This document shows, piece by piece, positions 48,502 to 59,245 of a stretch of DNA of 64,000 nucleotides. How positions within the stretch are numbered: the stretch's first letter is position 1; every line of letters begins with the position of its first letter. The notes beneath the pieces were generated by a model. That model was not told the DNA's origin. It saw only the letters and a list, made by a program, of their open reading frames with translations, and did not search any database. Location of the stretch: positions 160,001-224,000 of the forward strand of contig JBFWWG010000001.1 of the NCBI GenBank assembly GCA_050246315.1. Reading direction: 5' to 3'. This DNA is from Nitrospiraceae bacterium. Its GTDB lineage: Bacteria; Nitrospirota; Nitrospiria; Nitrospirales; Nitrospiraceae. The position numbers and the translations under genes are program-made.

Positions 48502-48747
48502 CTACTTAGGATGAGGAATGATGGAGAGGAGAATGTACGAGTCGCCGTCGATGATGAAGTAGAACCGGTAGTCGTCATCCACCCGAGCCTGCCAGATGTC
48601 TTTTGCTTCGTTGTACTTCTTGGCCCGTAGTGAGGGATGTCGAAGGTTGGAGAGGAGGAAAGCCAACTGCTTGTCGAACTTCGCTTGCCGGTCTTCGGAG
48701 AGCTTCTGATACTGTTTGCGAAAACGAAGCGTGAAGGACGCCGTCAT
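48502..48747 (-). CDS. RelE-superfamily toxin
   Basis: F.KQYQKL, HPSLRAKK, WQARVDDDYRFYF; ATGA overlap with the upstream antitoxin. Confidence 0.8.
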   Translation of the reverse strand: MTASFTLRFRKQYQKLSEDRQAKFDKQLAFLLSNLRHPSLRAKKYNEAKDIWQARVDDDYRFYFIIDGDSYILLSIIPHPK

Positions 48748-48992
48748 GCGGTCCGGCGGCGGAGGGCACGGATCGTTGCCTGAGCGGTGGGGAACGGGCC
48801 TTTCACACGACCGCGCTTAACCTCGTTCAGCGCCAACGTCAATTCGCGGTCAATCGCACGCTTCGGAACCAACGTGATTTTCTTTCCTTCGACTTTCGCG
48901 TCAAGAAGATCGCCTACCGCGACTCCGGCCTTCGCGAGAATCCCAGGCGGAAACGTCACTTGGCAGTGCGATCTCACCTTAACAACGGCCAC
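48744..48992 (-). CDS. AbrB/MazE-type antitoxin
   Basis: VKV....QVTFP..I..K.GV.VGD.L......KKITLVP swapped-hairpin pattern. Confidence 0.8.
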   Translation of the reverse strand: MAVVKVRSHCQVTFPPGILAKAGVAVGDLLDAKVEGKKITLVPKRAIDRELTLALNEVKRGRVKGPFPTAQATIRALRRRTA

Positions 48993-49207
48993 TGTCGGAT
49001 CCCCTTTCGAACAACTACGGAAAGACCTCGATACATGGGCTTCACTATAGATCCGGCTCATTTAGGGTGTCAATGACGTAGGGCAACGTGTCCAGGGGAC
49101 ATATACATTGGCGACAGACTCTTCTACGTAAACTGGTTGCTGCACAGGTCAAGGGGATGCCAGGGTCTGGCAGAATAGGATACCTCTTCTGTGATACGTT
49201 TGACGCC

Positions 49208-49924
49208 ATGCCCACGGTACCGGTGGACATCGCGGCCGGTTTCATCCTTCTCACTCTGACCATGCTCGCGATCCTCAGCGTGCTCTTCGTCAACCGCTCG
49301 CGTTCGCTCTGGATGATTGTCGCACTAATGGTCGCGTGGACGACTTTGACCGCGGCGCTGGCCTTGTCCGGAACATTGAATAGATTCGACCTTCGCCAGC
49401 CTTGGATTCCCATATTGGTCCTGACTCAATTGACTTTCGTGGTCTGGCTAGCCTGGTTTTCATCCTGGAGCGGTCTTCTCACACAGATCCCGCAATTCAC
49501 TCTGGTGGGCCTACAATGCTTTCGCATCCCGGTTGAACTCCTCTTGGCTGCGCTTGCAACCAGACGGATGCTCGCAATGGAGATGACATACTACGGAAGA
49601 AATTTCGATGTGCTTGCAGGAGTCACGGCCATCATTGTGGCAGTCTGGATCAATCGCCATGGGGAAAAGCCCGTCCGTCTTATCGTTCTGACATGGAACT
49701 TGCTGGGCCTGAGCCTGGTGAGCGCTGTGCTCGCGCAAGGTATGCTCTCAGTGCCGTATCCATTCCAACTGCTTCACCTTTCGGTCCCTACATTTATCGT
49801 TGCACAGTTCCCGGTCGTCTGGCTCGTCACTGTCCTTGTCCCCATTGCCTACCTGTTGCATTTCGTGTCGATCCGGCGCTGCTTAGGGGAGACCGTCGAG
49901 ATTTCGACGCCGAGTGCGTCCTAG
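49208..49924 (+). CDS. Hypothetical multi-pass membrane protein
   Basis: About 7 hydrophobic segments; LQCFRIPVE, GRNFDVLAG, FPVVWL. Confidence 0.78.
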   Translation: MPTVPVDIAAGFILLTLTMLAILSVLFVNRSRSLWMIVALMVAWTTLTAALALSGTLNRFDLRQPWIPILVLTQLTFVVWLAWFSSWSGLLTQIPQFTLVGLQCFRIPVELLLAALATRRMLAMEMTYYGRNFDVLAGVTAIIVAVWINRHGEKPVRLIVLTWNLLGLSLVSAVLAQGMLSVPYPFQLLHLSVPTFIVAQFPVVWLVTVLVPIAYLLHFVSIRRCLGETVEISTPSAS

Positions 49925-49960
49925 CCATTCACAATTAGAAGCGTTGCATTGCCTGACTAG

Positions 49961-51595
49961 CTACGCGCTCTTGAATCGGCTCAGCTTCGCGAACAGAATC
50001 GCCGAGACGGGGAGGGCGACGCTGATCACGAGTTGCGCGATCAGCAGCAGGCCGAGGTCGCTGTAGTCCGCCGGGGTCTGGACCATCCCTGTTGCAGGAT
50101 CGCGCATCTCGCGGGTGATCACAAAGACTTGATTGAGATACTTCGTGCCGAGCTGGCTCAACGACAAGGCCAGATTCGTGAAGGACGCCATGACTGCAAA
50201 GAAGGTCGCTTTCAAATTCGCAGGAGCTGAATTGGCGATCCAGGCCAGCATCGGAATCATCGAGATCTGGCCCAGCGGGGATTCGAGCGCCGTGTCCACC
50301 AGGGCGATGAACCGCGCGTTCACCACGCCGCCGGTCATGCGCGCGGTCCATTCGTGGAGGCCGTAATACATGCTCACGATCGGCACCGAGAGCACGAGGC
50401 CCATGAGGGTCAAGAAGCCGATCACGTAGACGATCGACCGCTCCGCCATGAACCGGCGAAACAGAAACAGCCCGGCCAAGGTCAGGCTGCTGCCGATCAG
50501 CGAGAGGACCGACAGAAATTCCTGGTCGAACTTCAGCTCATCGATCATCCACCAGGTCTGGCCCGGACCTGGACCGGGCACGGCCCGGAACATGAAGATC
50601 ACCGCCGCGGTCCCGACGAGTGTGGCCCGTGCAGCAGGTTCCAACTCGCTCGTCAACCGGACCAGGAGGAATCCCACGATGCCGAGCGACCCGGCGAACA
50701 CGATCTCCGCGTTGTAGGCAAACCCTCCGAGTCCGACCGTCAGCGTGAACAGGACGAACAGGAGGCTGCCGCCGAGAATCCACCAGTTGGGTCTCGTCGC
50801 CTCGCCATCCTCGCCATGAACGTTCGTCATCGCCTGAATCTGTTCCGCACTGTACCCTTGGGCACGCAATCGGCGCCGATCGCGCCGTTTGATCAGGGCC
50901 GCAACGGCGATCCCCAGCACCGAGACCATCGGGATGATGAGCGCCATCAGGTAGACCTGTTGATAGATGCCGACGACCTCGCTTTGTGGACGCCCTTCGA
51001 CGCCGCTAAAGAGATACAGGTTGATCAGCGCCACGAGCACGCCGCCGCCGATAATGGCCACCCGTCCCAACGTTTGCATCGTCGTATGCATGAGCTTGCG
51101 AGTCCGGTCGTCGAATGGCAGTCCTCGCTCGTCCACCCGAGGGACTGCCTCGACCGTCATGGCGTCGGCCACGGTGTCTTGGATCACGTACCCAATCGGC
51201 GCGAGCAGGACGCTCAAGACGTACCAGGCTTCGGCGGACATGATGGCCGTCATCTCGTCCCGATGGCCGATCAAGGCCGCCATGATCGAGAGGCTCGACG
51301 TGAGCAATCCGGCCCCTACGCAAATCAGCCAACTCTTCCACCGCCAGAGCAGGTCCACGAGATGGCCGATGGGCATTTTCAACGCCCAGGGGATACCGGC
51401 CCAAAAGCCCAGCGCGGCGAGAAACGCCGCGGAGAGGCCGAGATACTCCTTCACGAAAAAGGTGCCGACGATGCCGGTCAATCCTGAAATGCCGTAGGCC
51501 ATATAGACCATGAGCGGCGGCAGATAGGAAAGGCGCATCTCGCGCCCCAGTTCCATGATGTTGCGGTCGATCCAGCGAAAGAGGGAGGTGAGCAT
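49961..51595 (-). CDS. BT1-like (folate/biopterin) MFS transporter
   Basis: PWALK..IG...D, QDTVADAMTVE, ATFFAVMASFTNL; multiple TM helices. Confidence 0.78.
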   Translation of the reverse strand: MLTSLFRWIDRNIMELGREMRLSYLPPLMVYMAYGISGLTGIVGTFFVKEYLGLSAAFLAALGFWAGIPWALKMPIGHLVDLLWRWKSWLICVGAGLLTSSLSIMAALIGHRDEMTAIMSAEAWYVLSVLLAPIGYVIQDTVADAMTVEAVPRVDERGLPFDDRTRKLMHTTMQTLGRVAIIGGGVLVALINLYLFSGVEGRPQSEVVGIYQQVYLMALIIPMVSVLGIAVAALIKRRDRRRLRAQGYSAEQIQAMTNVHGEDGEATRPNWWILGGSLLFVLFTLTVGLGGFAYNAEIVFAGSLGIVGFLLVRLTSELEPAARATLVGTAAVIFMFRAVPGPGPGQTWWMIDELKFDQEFLSVLSLIGSSLTLAGLFLFRRFMAERSIVYVIGFLTLMGLVLSVPIVSMYYGLHEWTARMTGGVVNARFIALVDTALESPLGQISMIPMLAWIANSAPANLKATFFAVMASFTNLALSLSQLGTKYLNQVFVITREMRDPATGMVQTPADYSDLGLLLIAQLVISVALPVSAILFAKLSRFKSA

Positions 51596-51607
51596 GAAGG
51601 GGCAGGG

Positions 51608-52486
51608 CTAGAAACTGACCGGTTCGTGGCGCCGCTCGATCAGGTTGCGAAGGTGTCGCTGCAACTTCTCAGCGGGCAAGTGAACGCGATGGCCGTGGCC
51701 GGCCAACACCCACTCGAAGCGAATGTCGGCAAGCTTGACAAGGGAGGCACGCAAGCGGTCCTGATCCCACACCAACTGCCGCGGCGCATCGAGTGCCTGC
51801 GTCGCAGGGTCCCACCACAGGTGGTCCCCCGTGAAGAGGAAGCGATTCTTGTATGACAGCGCCTGACTCCCAGGCGTATGGCCAGGCACATGGATGATCT
51901 CAAAATCAGGAGAGACGCGGACACGATCATGCACATCCACGATCCATTCCGCATCGGGCATCGCGCCCGCATCGGCTCGGTGGATAATCCGGGTCGATCC
52001 GAAGTGCGCAGCATAGGCGGCGGCATCGGCAACATCGTCCTCATGCGTGAGGAAGACGAATCGGATTCCACCCATTCGATCGAAGGCCTCGACCAGATGC
52101 TTGACATAGCGCGGCGAATCGATCAGCCAGTTGCCTTCGGCATGCGCCACGAAGTAACTATTTGCGCCGAATGATTGTGCCGAATGAAATCCGCAATAGT
52201 ACACGTCGCCTTCGAGATGGAGGGGGAAACTCGCCTTGGCCTCCCGCAAGACCTCCTTGTCGCTGTGTTGCGTGCCGATCGACCCGGTCGGGCAGGCGAG
52301 CAGGGCTTGATAGGCCCGGAACGTTTGGGCCTCTCCCTCCGGCTGCCGTACGACCGAGGAAAAGTCGCCGACCTCTTCGAAGCTGTCAGGGGCCAATTGC
52401 CGGCAGGTGTCGCAATTGATGCAGGTCGCATCGACGAAGAAATGTCCTTCGACGTTGGTGGTCAATCGTTTGCGCTCATCCGCCAT
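51608..52486 (-). CDS. Ferredoxin-fused metallo-beta-lactamase fold hydrolase
   Basis: CINCDTC...CP ferredoxin; THEDD, PGHTPGS, FTGDH, AGHG. Confidence 0.88.
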   Translation of the reverse strand: MADERKRLTTNVEGHFFVDATCINCDTCRQLAPDSFEEVGDFSSVVRQPEGEAQTFRAYQALLACPTGSIGTQHSDKEVLREAKASFPLHLEGDVYYCGFHSAQSFGANSYFVAHAEGNWLIDSPRYVKHLVEAFDRMGGIRFVFLTHEDDVADAAAYAAHFGSTRIIHRADAGAMPDAEWIVDVHDRVRVSPDFEIIHVPGHTPGSQALSYKNRFLFTGDHLWWDPATQALDAPRQLVWDQDRLRASLVKLADIRFEWVLAGHGHRVHLPAEKLQRHLRNLIERRHEPVSF

Positions 52487-52490
52487 GACA

Positions 52491-53369
52491 TCAGCCGCCT
52501 GTCGCGCCTCGCTCCGTGTCGAAACAGATTCTCAGATCCGCTTCAGGTAGTGCAAGACCGAAATGATCTGCCAGCACCGATCGATAGGTCTCCAGAGTTT
52601 TGACCGCTTCGGTCTGGCCATGGCCGTTATGTCGAATCTTGAGCGCACGATTCTGCAGAATGATCCGCCCGTTCGGCGTGGGCTTTGTGCACAATCGCTT
52701 CTGGGTGAACAGCGAGTCCGGCGAATGAGAGTGAAAGTAATTGGCAAAGGCGTAGTCTACCGGCAAATAGGATTCCGTCGTGAACGAGTACATCGGCTCC
52801 CAGGCGTCCTTGACCAGACAGTCGATTCGATATTCCTGCCGATCTTCTTGTCGGGATTCTCCTCCCGACGCTTGTCGATCTCTCCCCCGAGCTTCGCGTT
52901 GCCCCTGAGTTTCCCCAACACTCATCACTCGGAACCGGTCCGCATATTGCCGCTCCTCGTGACCGGCGGCCAGTGGAACAGCGGCGATCAATCCATTACC
53001 GCCGAACCCGACATCCGCAATCCACCGCTCGCCCGCCGACTCGACCAGCAGCACGCGATGACTGAGCGGGCTGACCTCCGTGTGCCCCCACAGAACCCTG
53101 GCCATCAGGTGGCGCACGGAAAACCCGATCCGTTCCAACAAGAGGGCGAAGAGTCCGTTCAATTCGAAACAGTAGCCACCTCGTCGACGATGCACGATTT
53201 TGTCGAATAGCGACGAAGGATCGAGAGAAATGGGATTTCCGAGATGAATGTCGAGATTCTCGAAGGGTACGGCGAACGTGTGGGCCGTATGCAGCTCGCG
53301 AAGACTCTCGGGCGTGGCCTCTTGCGTCCCTTGATAACCGATGCGATCGAGATAGGCCGCCACGTCCAT
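52491..53369 (-). CDS. Arylamine N-acetyltransferase
   Basis: YLDRIG, VPFENL, RGGYCFELN, H, DVGFG catalytic triad motifs. Confidence 0.92.
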   Translation of the reverse strand: MDVAAYLDRIGYQGTQEATPESLRELHTAHTFAVPFENLDIHLGNPISLDPSSLFDKIVHRRRGGYCFELNGLFALLLERIGFSVRHLMARVLWGHTEVSPLSHRVLLVESAGERWIADVGFGGNGLIAAVPLAAGHEERQYADRFRVMSVGETQGQREARGRDRQASGGESRQEDRQEYRIDCLVKDAWEPMYSFTTESYLPVDYAFANYFHSHSPDSLFTQKRLCTKPTPNGRIILQNRALKIRHNGHGQTEAVKTLETYRSVLADHFGLALPEADLRICFDTERGATGG

Positions 53370-53395
53370 CGTTACGTCACCCGCCCTCCCGATAT

Positions 53396-54376
53396 CTATG
53401 CTCCAACCGCAACTCCGACTGTCGGCCGGCTGTGGCCCGCCTTTGGATGCCGCGCGAGCGGATAGTTGCGCTCGCGCCAGGCGTCGAGGCCCCCTTCCAA
53501 CGGTCGCACCTGATGGATCCCATTGCGTTTGAGCCTCAGCGCCGTGCGGGCGCTGCTGACCTCGTTCGGGCAGGAGCAATAGAGGATCACCTCCCGGTCT
53601 CGCGGAATCTCGTGGTGCCGCCTGTCGATATCCTCCAACGTAATATGGATGGCTCCCGGGATCATGTCAGGATCAGCCTGCACCTCCCGCGCGTGCCGGA
53701 CGTCGATGACCGCCAGCGGTTCCCCTGCATCCAACCTGGCCTTCAGTTCCTCGACGGACATCTTGGCCATCCGAAGCTGTCCCAGGAATCGCCGGCGCTG
53801 GATGAATTTATAGCTCACATAGGCGAGCAGCCCCAGGAGGATGATCGGGACGGCACGACTCCCGACGTCTCCCAAGGACGCGATGAGCATTTCCAATTGA
53901 TCACTGAACAGATGGCCCGCCCCGACGCACAACCCGGCCCAGATGAGCGCGCCGGCCAGATCGTAGGTAAGAAATCTTGTCAGGCCCATGCCGAAGATGC
54001 CTGCCATGGGCGGCGCCACCGTGCTGAGACCCGGAACAAACTTCGCCACCAGGAGAGCACGTGTACCGTGCAGGAAAAACAGATTCTCGGTCTTGCGCAC
54101 GCAGGAGTCCGGTTCGAGGGAAATTCGGCAGAGCCAGCCGAGCACGCGCCCTCCACGTACGCGGCCCAACCAATACCAGATGATGTCCGGAGGCAGGGAT
54201 GCGGCGACCGGGAGGAGGAGGGCGGCGGCGAGGGACATCTTTCCCTGGCCGACTAGCGCGCCGGCGGCGACCAGCAGGGGAATGGCGGGAATCGGCAGCC
54301 CGATCTGCTCGAGCAGGACGGTCCAGAAGAGGAGCGACTCCTTGTGCTCGGCGAGAAATTGAACCCCGTTCTCCAC
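53396..54376 (-). CDS. DedA/VTT domain-rhodanese fusion
   Basis: EQIGLPIPA, KFVPG, PPMAG; C-terminal IDVR, YCSCPNE, LEGGLDAW. Confidence 0.9.
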   Translation of the reverse strand: MENGVQFLAEHKESLLFWTVLLEQIGLPIPAIPLLVAAGALVGQGKMSLAAALLLPVAASLPPDIIWYWLGRVRGGRVLGWLCRISLEPDSCVRKTENLFFLHGTRALLVAKFVPGLSTVAPPMAGIFGMGLTRFLTYDLAGALIWAGLCVGAGHLFSDQLEMLIASLGDVGSRAVPIILLGLLAYVSYKFIQRRRFLGQLRMAKMSVEELKARLDAGEPLAVIDVRHAREVQADPDMIPGAIHITLEDIDRRHHEIPRDREVILYCSCPNEVSSARTALRLKRNGIHQVRPLEGGLDAWRERNYPLARHPKAGHSRPTVGVAVGA

Positions 54377-54562
54377 GTTCGATCCTTCCGGTGTCTAACC
54401 CGCCTCATTCGTGAACGCTTCTCCTGCAACCGCCCTGAGACACGTGGCCGAGACCCGTTGCACCTTGGAGCGCGAGGGACACTCCACCGCAACGGGCGAA
54501 CCGTCACGAACTCTTGTGAATCAGGCGGGCTAACGGTCGCTGTGCCGGCAACTTGGCGCTGA

Positions 54563-56062
54563 TCACATGCCGGAGCCGGTCCGCTCTTGGCGTGCGACGA
54601 CAGGGCCGGAAGACGTCGAGTCGGCGCGCTCAGCAGGAGATTCCTCCGGCGACCAGCCCCCTCCCAGCGCCTTGTAGAGTTGGACGACGGAAACCAGGTG
54701 CAAGCGATGGGTGCCGGTGAGCGCCAGTTCCGCATCGAACAGATTCCGTTGGGCGATCAGCACGTCGAGATAATTGGCAAGCCCGCCCTTGTACCGCAAG
54801 TTGGCCAAGCGCAAGGCCGAACGGAGCGCTTCCACCTGCTGTGCCTGCGCCTCTCGCTGCTCACGGGCTGTCCTAACTGCGACCAGTGCATCTTCCACTT
54901 CCCTGAACGCCACCAGGATGGACTGCTCATAGCTGGCCAGGGCCTGGCGCGCCTGCGCCTCGGCAGCTTCCTGTTGAAACCCGAGAATCTGCGCGTTGAA
55001 CAGCGGGCCGGCCAGGCTCGGCCCGACCACCCCGAAATCGCTGCCAGCTGTGAAGAGCTTGGACAGTTCAGGATTGGCCACACCCAGCATGCCCGTGAGC
55101 GAGAGCTTGGGGAACCGATCCGCCTTCGCCATGCCGATGCGGGCCGTCGTCGCCGCCAGTTGCTGTTCGGCGACGAGCACATCCGGCCGGCGCTGCAACA
55201 GTTCCGACGGAAGTCCGGGCGGGACGACCGGTGGAATGACCTGTTCCGTCAATGAACGACCGCGCGTGATCTGGCCAGGATTTCTGCCGAGCAGGACACT
55301 GAGCTGATTTTCCTTTTGGACCATCTGGCGCTCGAACTCGGCCGCGCGGGCGGCGGCGTTCGCCCGCTCCGCCTCGAACTGATCGGCGTCCAGCTTGGCG
55401 ATCACCCCTTGACGGAGGCGCGCCTTGGCGATGCGGACCGATTCCTCCCAGGATTGAAGAGTGCGCCTCGCGATATCCAATTGCATGTCGAACTGAAGCA
55501 GGTCGAAGTAGGCTTGCGCCACGCTACTGACCAATTCCAGTACCACCGCTCGCTGATTTTCATTCTTGGAGAGCAAATCTCCGCGCGCGGCTTCGTTGGA
55601 ACGTCGGATACGACCCCAGATGTCCAACTCCCACGATAAGTTGCCCTGGAGATAGTAGTTGAACGGGTTGGGAAACCCCGCGAACTTAAAAGGCGAATTA
55701 CGACCGAACGACGGGGAATTCACGATCCCGTCGAGCTTCGGCGCATAGTCCATCCGGGAAATGAACAGGCGCGACTCGAATTCCTCTACGGTCGCCACCG
55801 CGCGCTTCAAATCCTTGTTTTCCTCCAGCGAGATGCGGATGAGTTTCTGGAGTTCTTCGTCGCGCAACAATTCCCACCAGGGTAGATTGGCGACGGAAGG
55901 ACCCGTTGCTGACGCCTCCATCATGCGAAACTGGTCCATGGTCGTGGCGGAGGGACGGGAATAGTCCGGGCCCACGGCACAGGCGGTCAGAACCAGCGGC
56001 ACCAGTAGCGCAGCGCCGCAGGCTCCATGGCCGGGATGGCCGCGCCTCACACTCCTACGCAT
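54563..56062 (-). CDS. RND efflux outer membrane lipoprotein (NodT/OprM family)
   Basis: LTAC lipobox, WELDIWG, LPSELLQRRPD, LYKALGGGW. Confidence 0.93.
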   Translation of the reverse strand: MRRSVRRGHPGHGACGAALLVPLVLTACAVGPDYSRPSATTMDQFRMMEASATGPSVANLPWWELLRDEELQKLIRISLEENKDLKRAVATVEEFESRLFISRMDYAPKLDGIVNSPSFGRNSPFKFAGFPNPFNYYLQGNLSWELDIWGRIRRSNEAARGDLLSKNENQRAVVLELVSSVAQAYFDLLQFDMQLDIARRTLQSWEESVRIAKARLRQGVIAKLDADQFEAERANAAARAAEFERQMVQKENQLSVLLGRNPGQITRGRSLTEQVIPPVVPPGLPSELLQRRPDVLVAEQQLAATTARIGMAKADRFPKLSLTGMLGVANPELSKLFTAGSDFGVVGPSLAGPLFNAQILGFQQEAAEAQARQALASYEQSILVAFREVEDALVAVRTAREQREAQAQQVEALRSALRLANLRYKGGLANYLDVLIAQRNLFDAELALTGTHRLHLVSVVQLYKALGGGWSPEESPAERADSTSSGPVVARQERTGSGM

Positions 56063-59000
56063 GTTGGTATTCCTCCTCCTCAGCTTCAGCCGGAGCCGGC
56101 AACACCTCTGGCGGCTGACGTTTGCGCCCGGTCAATCGATGACTGAGCTTCTGGATCAATACGAAAAACAGCGGCACGAAGAAAATGGCGAGAAAGGTGG
56201 CGGCCAGCATGCCGCCGAACACGCCGGTTCCGATGGAATGGCGACTGGCGGCGCCGGCCCCGCTCGCAAACACCAGCGGGACCACACCCAAAATAAAGGC
56301 CACGGACGTCATGATGATCGGGCGAAAGCGCAGCCTGGCGGCCTCCAGGGCAGCCTCCCAGGGAGACATGCCGGCCTCAACCCGGTGATTGGCGAACTCG
56401 ACGATCAAAATGGCATTCTTGGCCGAGAGACCGATCAAGGTAATGAGCCCGATCTGGAAGTAGATGTCGTTGGCCTGCCCGCTCACCCACACGGCGGTCA
56501 TCGCACCGAACACGCCGAACGGCACCGCCAGGATCACGGCAAACGGCACCGACCAGCTCTCGTACTGGGCGGCCAGCACCAAGAACACCATGAGCAAACC
56601 GAACGCGAACGCAAAGACCGACTCCGATCCTGCCTTGTGTTCCTGATAGGAGATGCCGCTCCAATCGATTCCATAGCCCTGCGGCACCAACACCTCCTGC
56701 GCCACGCGTTCGAGCGCCTCCAGCGCCTGCCCGGAACTGAACCCCGGCGCGGCGATTCCCAAAACCAAGGCCGTGTTGAAGCCGTTGAAGTGGGTCACAG
56801 GGTCGGGTCCGCTGGTATACTCGGCGGTCACCACCGTATCCAACGGAATCATCCTCGACCCTTGGGACCCTAGAGCCCGGACATAGATTTTGCTGATGTC
56901 CTCCGGCGTCGAGCGATAGTGGGCGTCGGCTTCCGTCTGCACTCGGTACACCCGACCGAACTTCACGAAATCGTTGATGTACAGGTTCCCGAAGAAGGCC
57001 TGCATCGTATCGAACACTTCCGAGATCGGCACACCCAGCGACTTGGCCCGTTCCCGATTGATCTTGGCATTCAGCCGTGGGGCGCTGACGCGGAAGCTCG
57101 TCCCGATGGCCCCGATTCCCGGCGTCTGTCTGGCCTTTTGGATGAAGGCTTGGGTCACATCTGCAAATTTGTTGAAGTCCCCACCGCTCGGATCCTGCAC
57201 TTGCAACGAGAATCCGCCGGTGGCGCCGAGCCCACGGATCGGCGGTGCGTTGAAGGCCAGAATCAAGGCCTCAGGAATTTTGGCGAATTCGCCGTAGGCG
57301 GCGCCGATCAGCGCCTTCACATGTTGGTGCGGCGCTTCTCGCTTGTCCCAATGATGCAAGGGCAAGAACATCGTGGCGGCATTGGCGCCTCGGGTGTTGA
57401 ACACGAAGTTCTGGCCCGACAGGGCATCGGTGGAATGGATCGACGGATTGCCCAGAAAATACCGTTCAATTTTTTCGAGCACGGCATCCGTCCGTTGTTT
57501 CGAGGCGCCGTCCGGCAGTTGGACGACCGTGATGAAATAGCCCTGATCCTCCTCCGGGAGAAAACTGCTCGGGATCATCCGGAAGATTCCGACGGCCGCC
57601 ACCACCAGCATGGCGAAGATGGCGACCGCCAACGCCGACCGCTTCATCACCACCCCCACGACCTTCGTATAGCGGTCGCGCGTCCAGTCGAAGACCCGGT
57701 TAAACCGGGAGAAGAATCCACGCGGCGGCCGGTGCTCCGACTTCAGCACCAACGCGCATAACGCCGGACTCAGCGTGAGCGCGACGAATCCGGAAATGAC
57801 CACCGCGATGGCGATCGTGATTGCAAACTGCTTATACAGTTCTCCCGTGATGCCGCCGAGGAACCCCACCGGGACAAAGACGGCGCAGAGTACGAGGACA
57901 ATGGCAATCACGGGACCCGTCACCTCGGTCATCGCCTTCATTGCCGCCTCCTTGGGCGGCAGCCTTCCTTCGCGCATGTGCCGCTCGACGTTCTCCACGA
58001 CCACGATCGCGTCGTCCACCACGATGCCGATCACGAGGACCATTCCAAAGAGGGTCAACGTGTTGATCGAGAACCCCAGGGCTTGCAACCCGATGAAGGC
58101 ACCGATCAGCGAGACCGGCACCGCCACGGCCGGGATCAGCGTCGCGCGCCAGGTTTGGAGAAACACGTAGACGACCAGGATCACCAGGATCATGGCCTCG
58201 CCGAGCGTCTTGACGACCTCCTTGATGGAGACCTCAATAAACTTCGTTGTGTCATACGGAATGTCATACGACACTCCGGAGGGAAAGCTCTTGGCCACGG
58301 ACGCCATTTCGTCGCGGATATGCTTCACGGTCTCCAGTGCGTTGGCGCCAGGCGAGAGGAAGGTGAGCAAAAACACGTTGGGCTTGCCGTTCCAGCGGCC
58401 TTCGAGCGCATAGGATTGCGCGCCCAGCTCGATTCTGGCGACGTCCTTCAAGCGGATCATCGATCCATTGGGTAGGGCTCGGACAATCATCTCCTCAAAG
58501 TCCCTGACTTCGGTGAGCCGTCCCTGCGTGATGACCGGGATGGTCAGCTCGGTGCCCTTCAGCGCCGGCTCGCGCCCGATCACCCCGGCCGGAAAATCCC
58601 GATTCTGTTCTCGGACCACATTGGCGATGTCGGTCGGCGTCAGATTGAGCTGGGCCATCCGGACCGGGTCGAGAATCAAGCGCATCGAATAGTTCGCGCT
58701 GCCGAACACGATCGCATCGCCCACGCCCTTTAACCGTTTCAGATTGTCGATCACTCGGAGAATGGCGTAGTTGGACAGGTAGATGGTGTCATGGGTGGGA
58801 TCGGTGGAGCTGAGTGCCACCACGGCCAACAAATCTGGTGAAACCTTCTTCACGGAGATGCCCTGCCGGACCACTTCCGGCGGCAATTGCGGCTCCGCAA
58901 GTTTCTGCCGATTTTGTGTCTGGACCTGCGCGATGTCCACGTCGGTGCCGATCTCGAACGTGAGCTTGATCGTCATGTGGCCGTCGTTGGTGCTGGTCGA

Positions 59001-59240
59001 ATCGTAATAGAGCAGGTTGTCGATACCGGGCAACTGCACTTCGATCGGGCGCGCCACCGAATCGGCCACGACCTCCGCGCTGGCGCCGGGATAGTCGGCA
59101 TCGATCTGCACGACCGGCGGTGTGATCTCCGGAAACTGCGCGACCGGCAGGGCGTGCAAAGCCACCAGGCCGATCACGACAATGATGATCGACAGGACGG
59201 ATGCGAAGATCGGACGCTGAATGAAGAAATGCGACGTCAT
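56055..59240 (-). CDS. RND efflux permease (AcrB/HAE1 family)
   Basis: FFIQRPIFA, YPGASAE, GIVVDDAIVVVEN, KNAILIVEF, RFRPIIMTS. Confidence 0.95.
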   Translation of the reverse strand: MTSHFFIQRPIFASVLSIIIVVIGLVALHALPVAQFPEITPPVVQIDADYPGASAEVVADSVARPIEVQLPGIDNLLYYDSTSTNDGHMTIKLTFEIGTDVDIAQVQTQNRQKLAEPQLPPEVVRQGISVKKVSPDLLAVVALSSTDPTHDTIYLSNYAILRVIDNLKRLKGVGDAIVFGSANYSMRLILDPVRMAQLNLTPTDIANVVREQNRDFPAGVIGREPALKGTELTIPVITQGRLTEVRDFEEMIVRALPNGSMIRLKDVARIELGAQSYALEGRWNGKPNVFLLTFLSPGANALETVKHIRDEMASVAKSFPSGVSYDIPYDTTKFIEVSIKEVVKTLGEAMILVILVVYVFLQTWRATLIPAVAVPVSLIGAFIGLQALGFSINTLTLFGMVLVIGIVVDDAIVVVENVERHMREGRLPPKEAAMKAMTEVTGPVIAIVLVLCAVFVPVGFLGGITGELYKQFAITIAIAVVISGFVALTLSPALCALVLKSEHRPPRGFFSRFNRVFDWTRDRYTKVVGVVMKRSALAVAIFAMLVVAAVGIFRMIPSSFLPEEDQGYFITVVQLPDGASKQRTDAVLEKIERYFLGNPSIHSTDALSGQNFVFNTRGANAATMFLPLHHWDKREAPHQHVKALIGAAYGEFAKIPEALILAFNAPPIRGLGATGGFSLQVQDPSGGDFNKFADVTQAFIQKARQTPGIGAIGTSFRVSAPRLNAKINRERAKSLGVPISEVFDTMQAFFGNLYINDFVKFGRVYRVQTEADAHYRSTPEDISKIYVRALGSQGSRMIPLDTVVTAEYTSGPDPVTHFNGFNTALVLGIAAPGFSSGQALEALERVAQEVLVPQGYGIDWSGISYQEHKAGSESVFAFAFGLLMVFLVLAAQYESWSVPFAVILAVPFGVFGAMTAVWVSGQANDIYFQIGLITLIGLSAKNAILIVEFANHRVEAGMSPWEAALEAARLRFRPIIMTSVAFILGVVPLVFASGAGAASRHSIGTGVFGGMLAATFLAIFFVPLFFVLIQKLSHRLTGRKRQPPEVLPAPAEAEEEEYQHA

Positions 59241-59245
59241 GAGGT

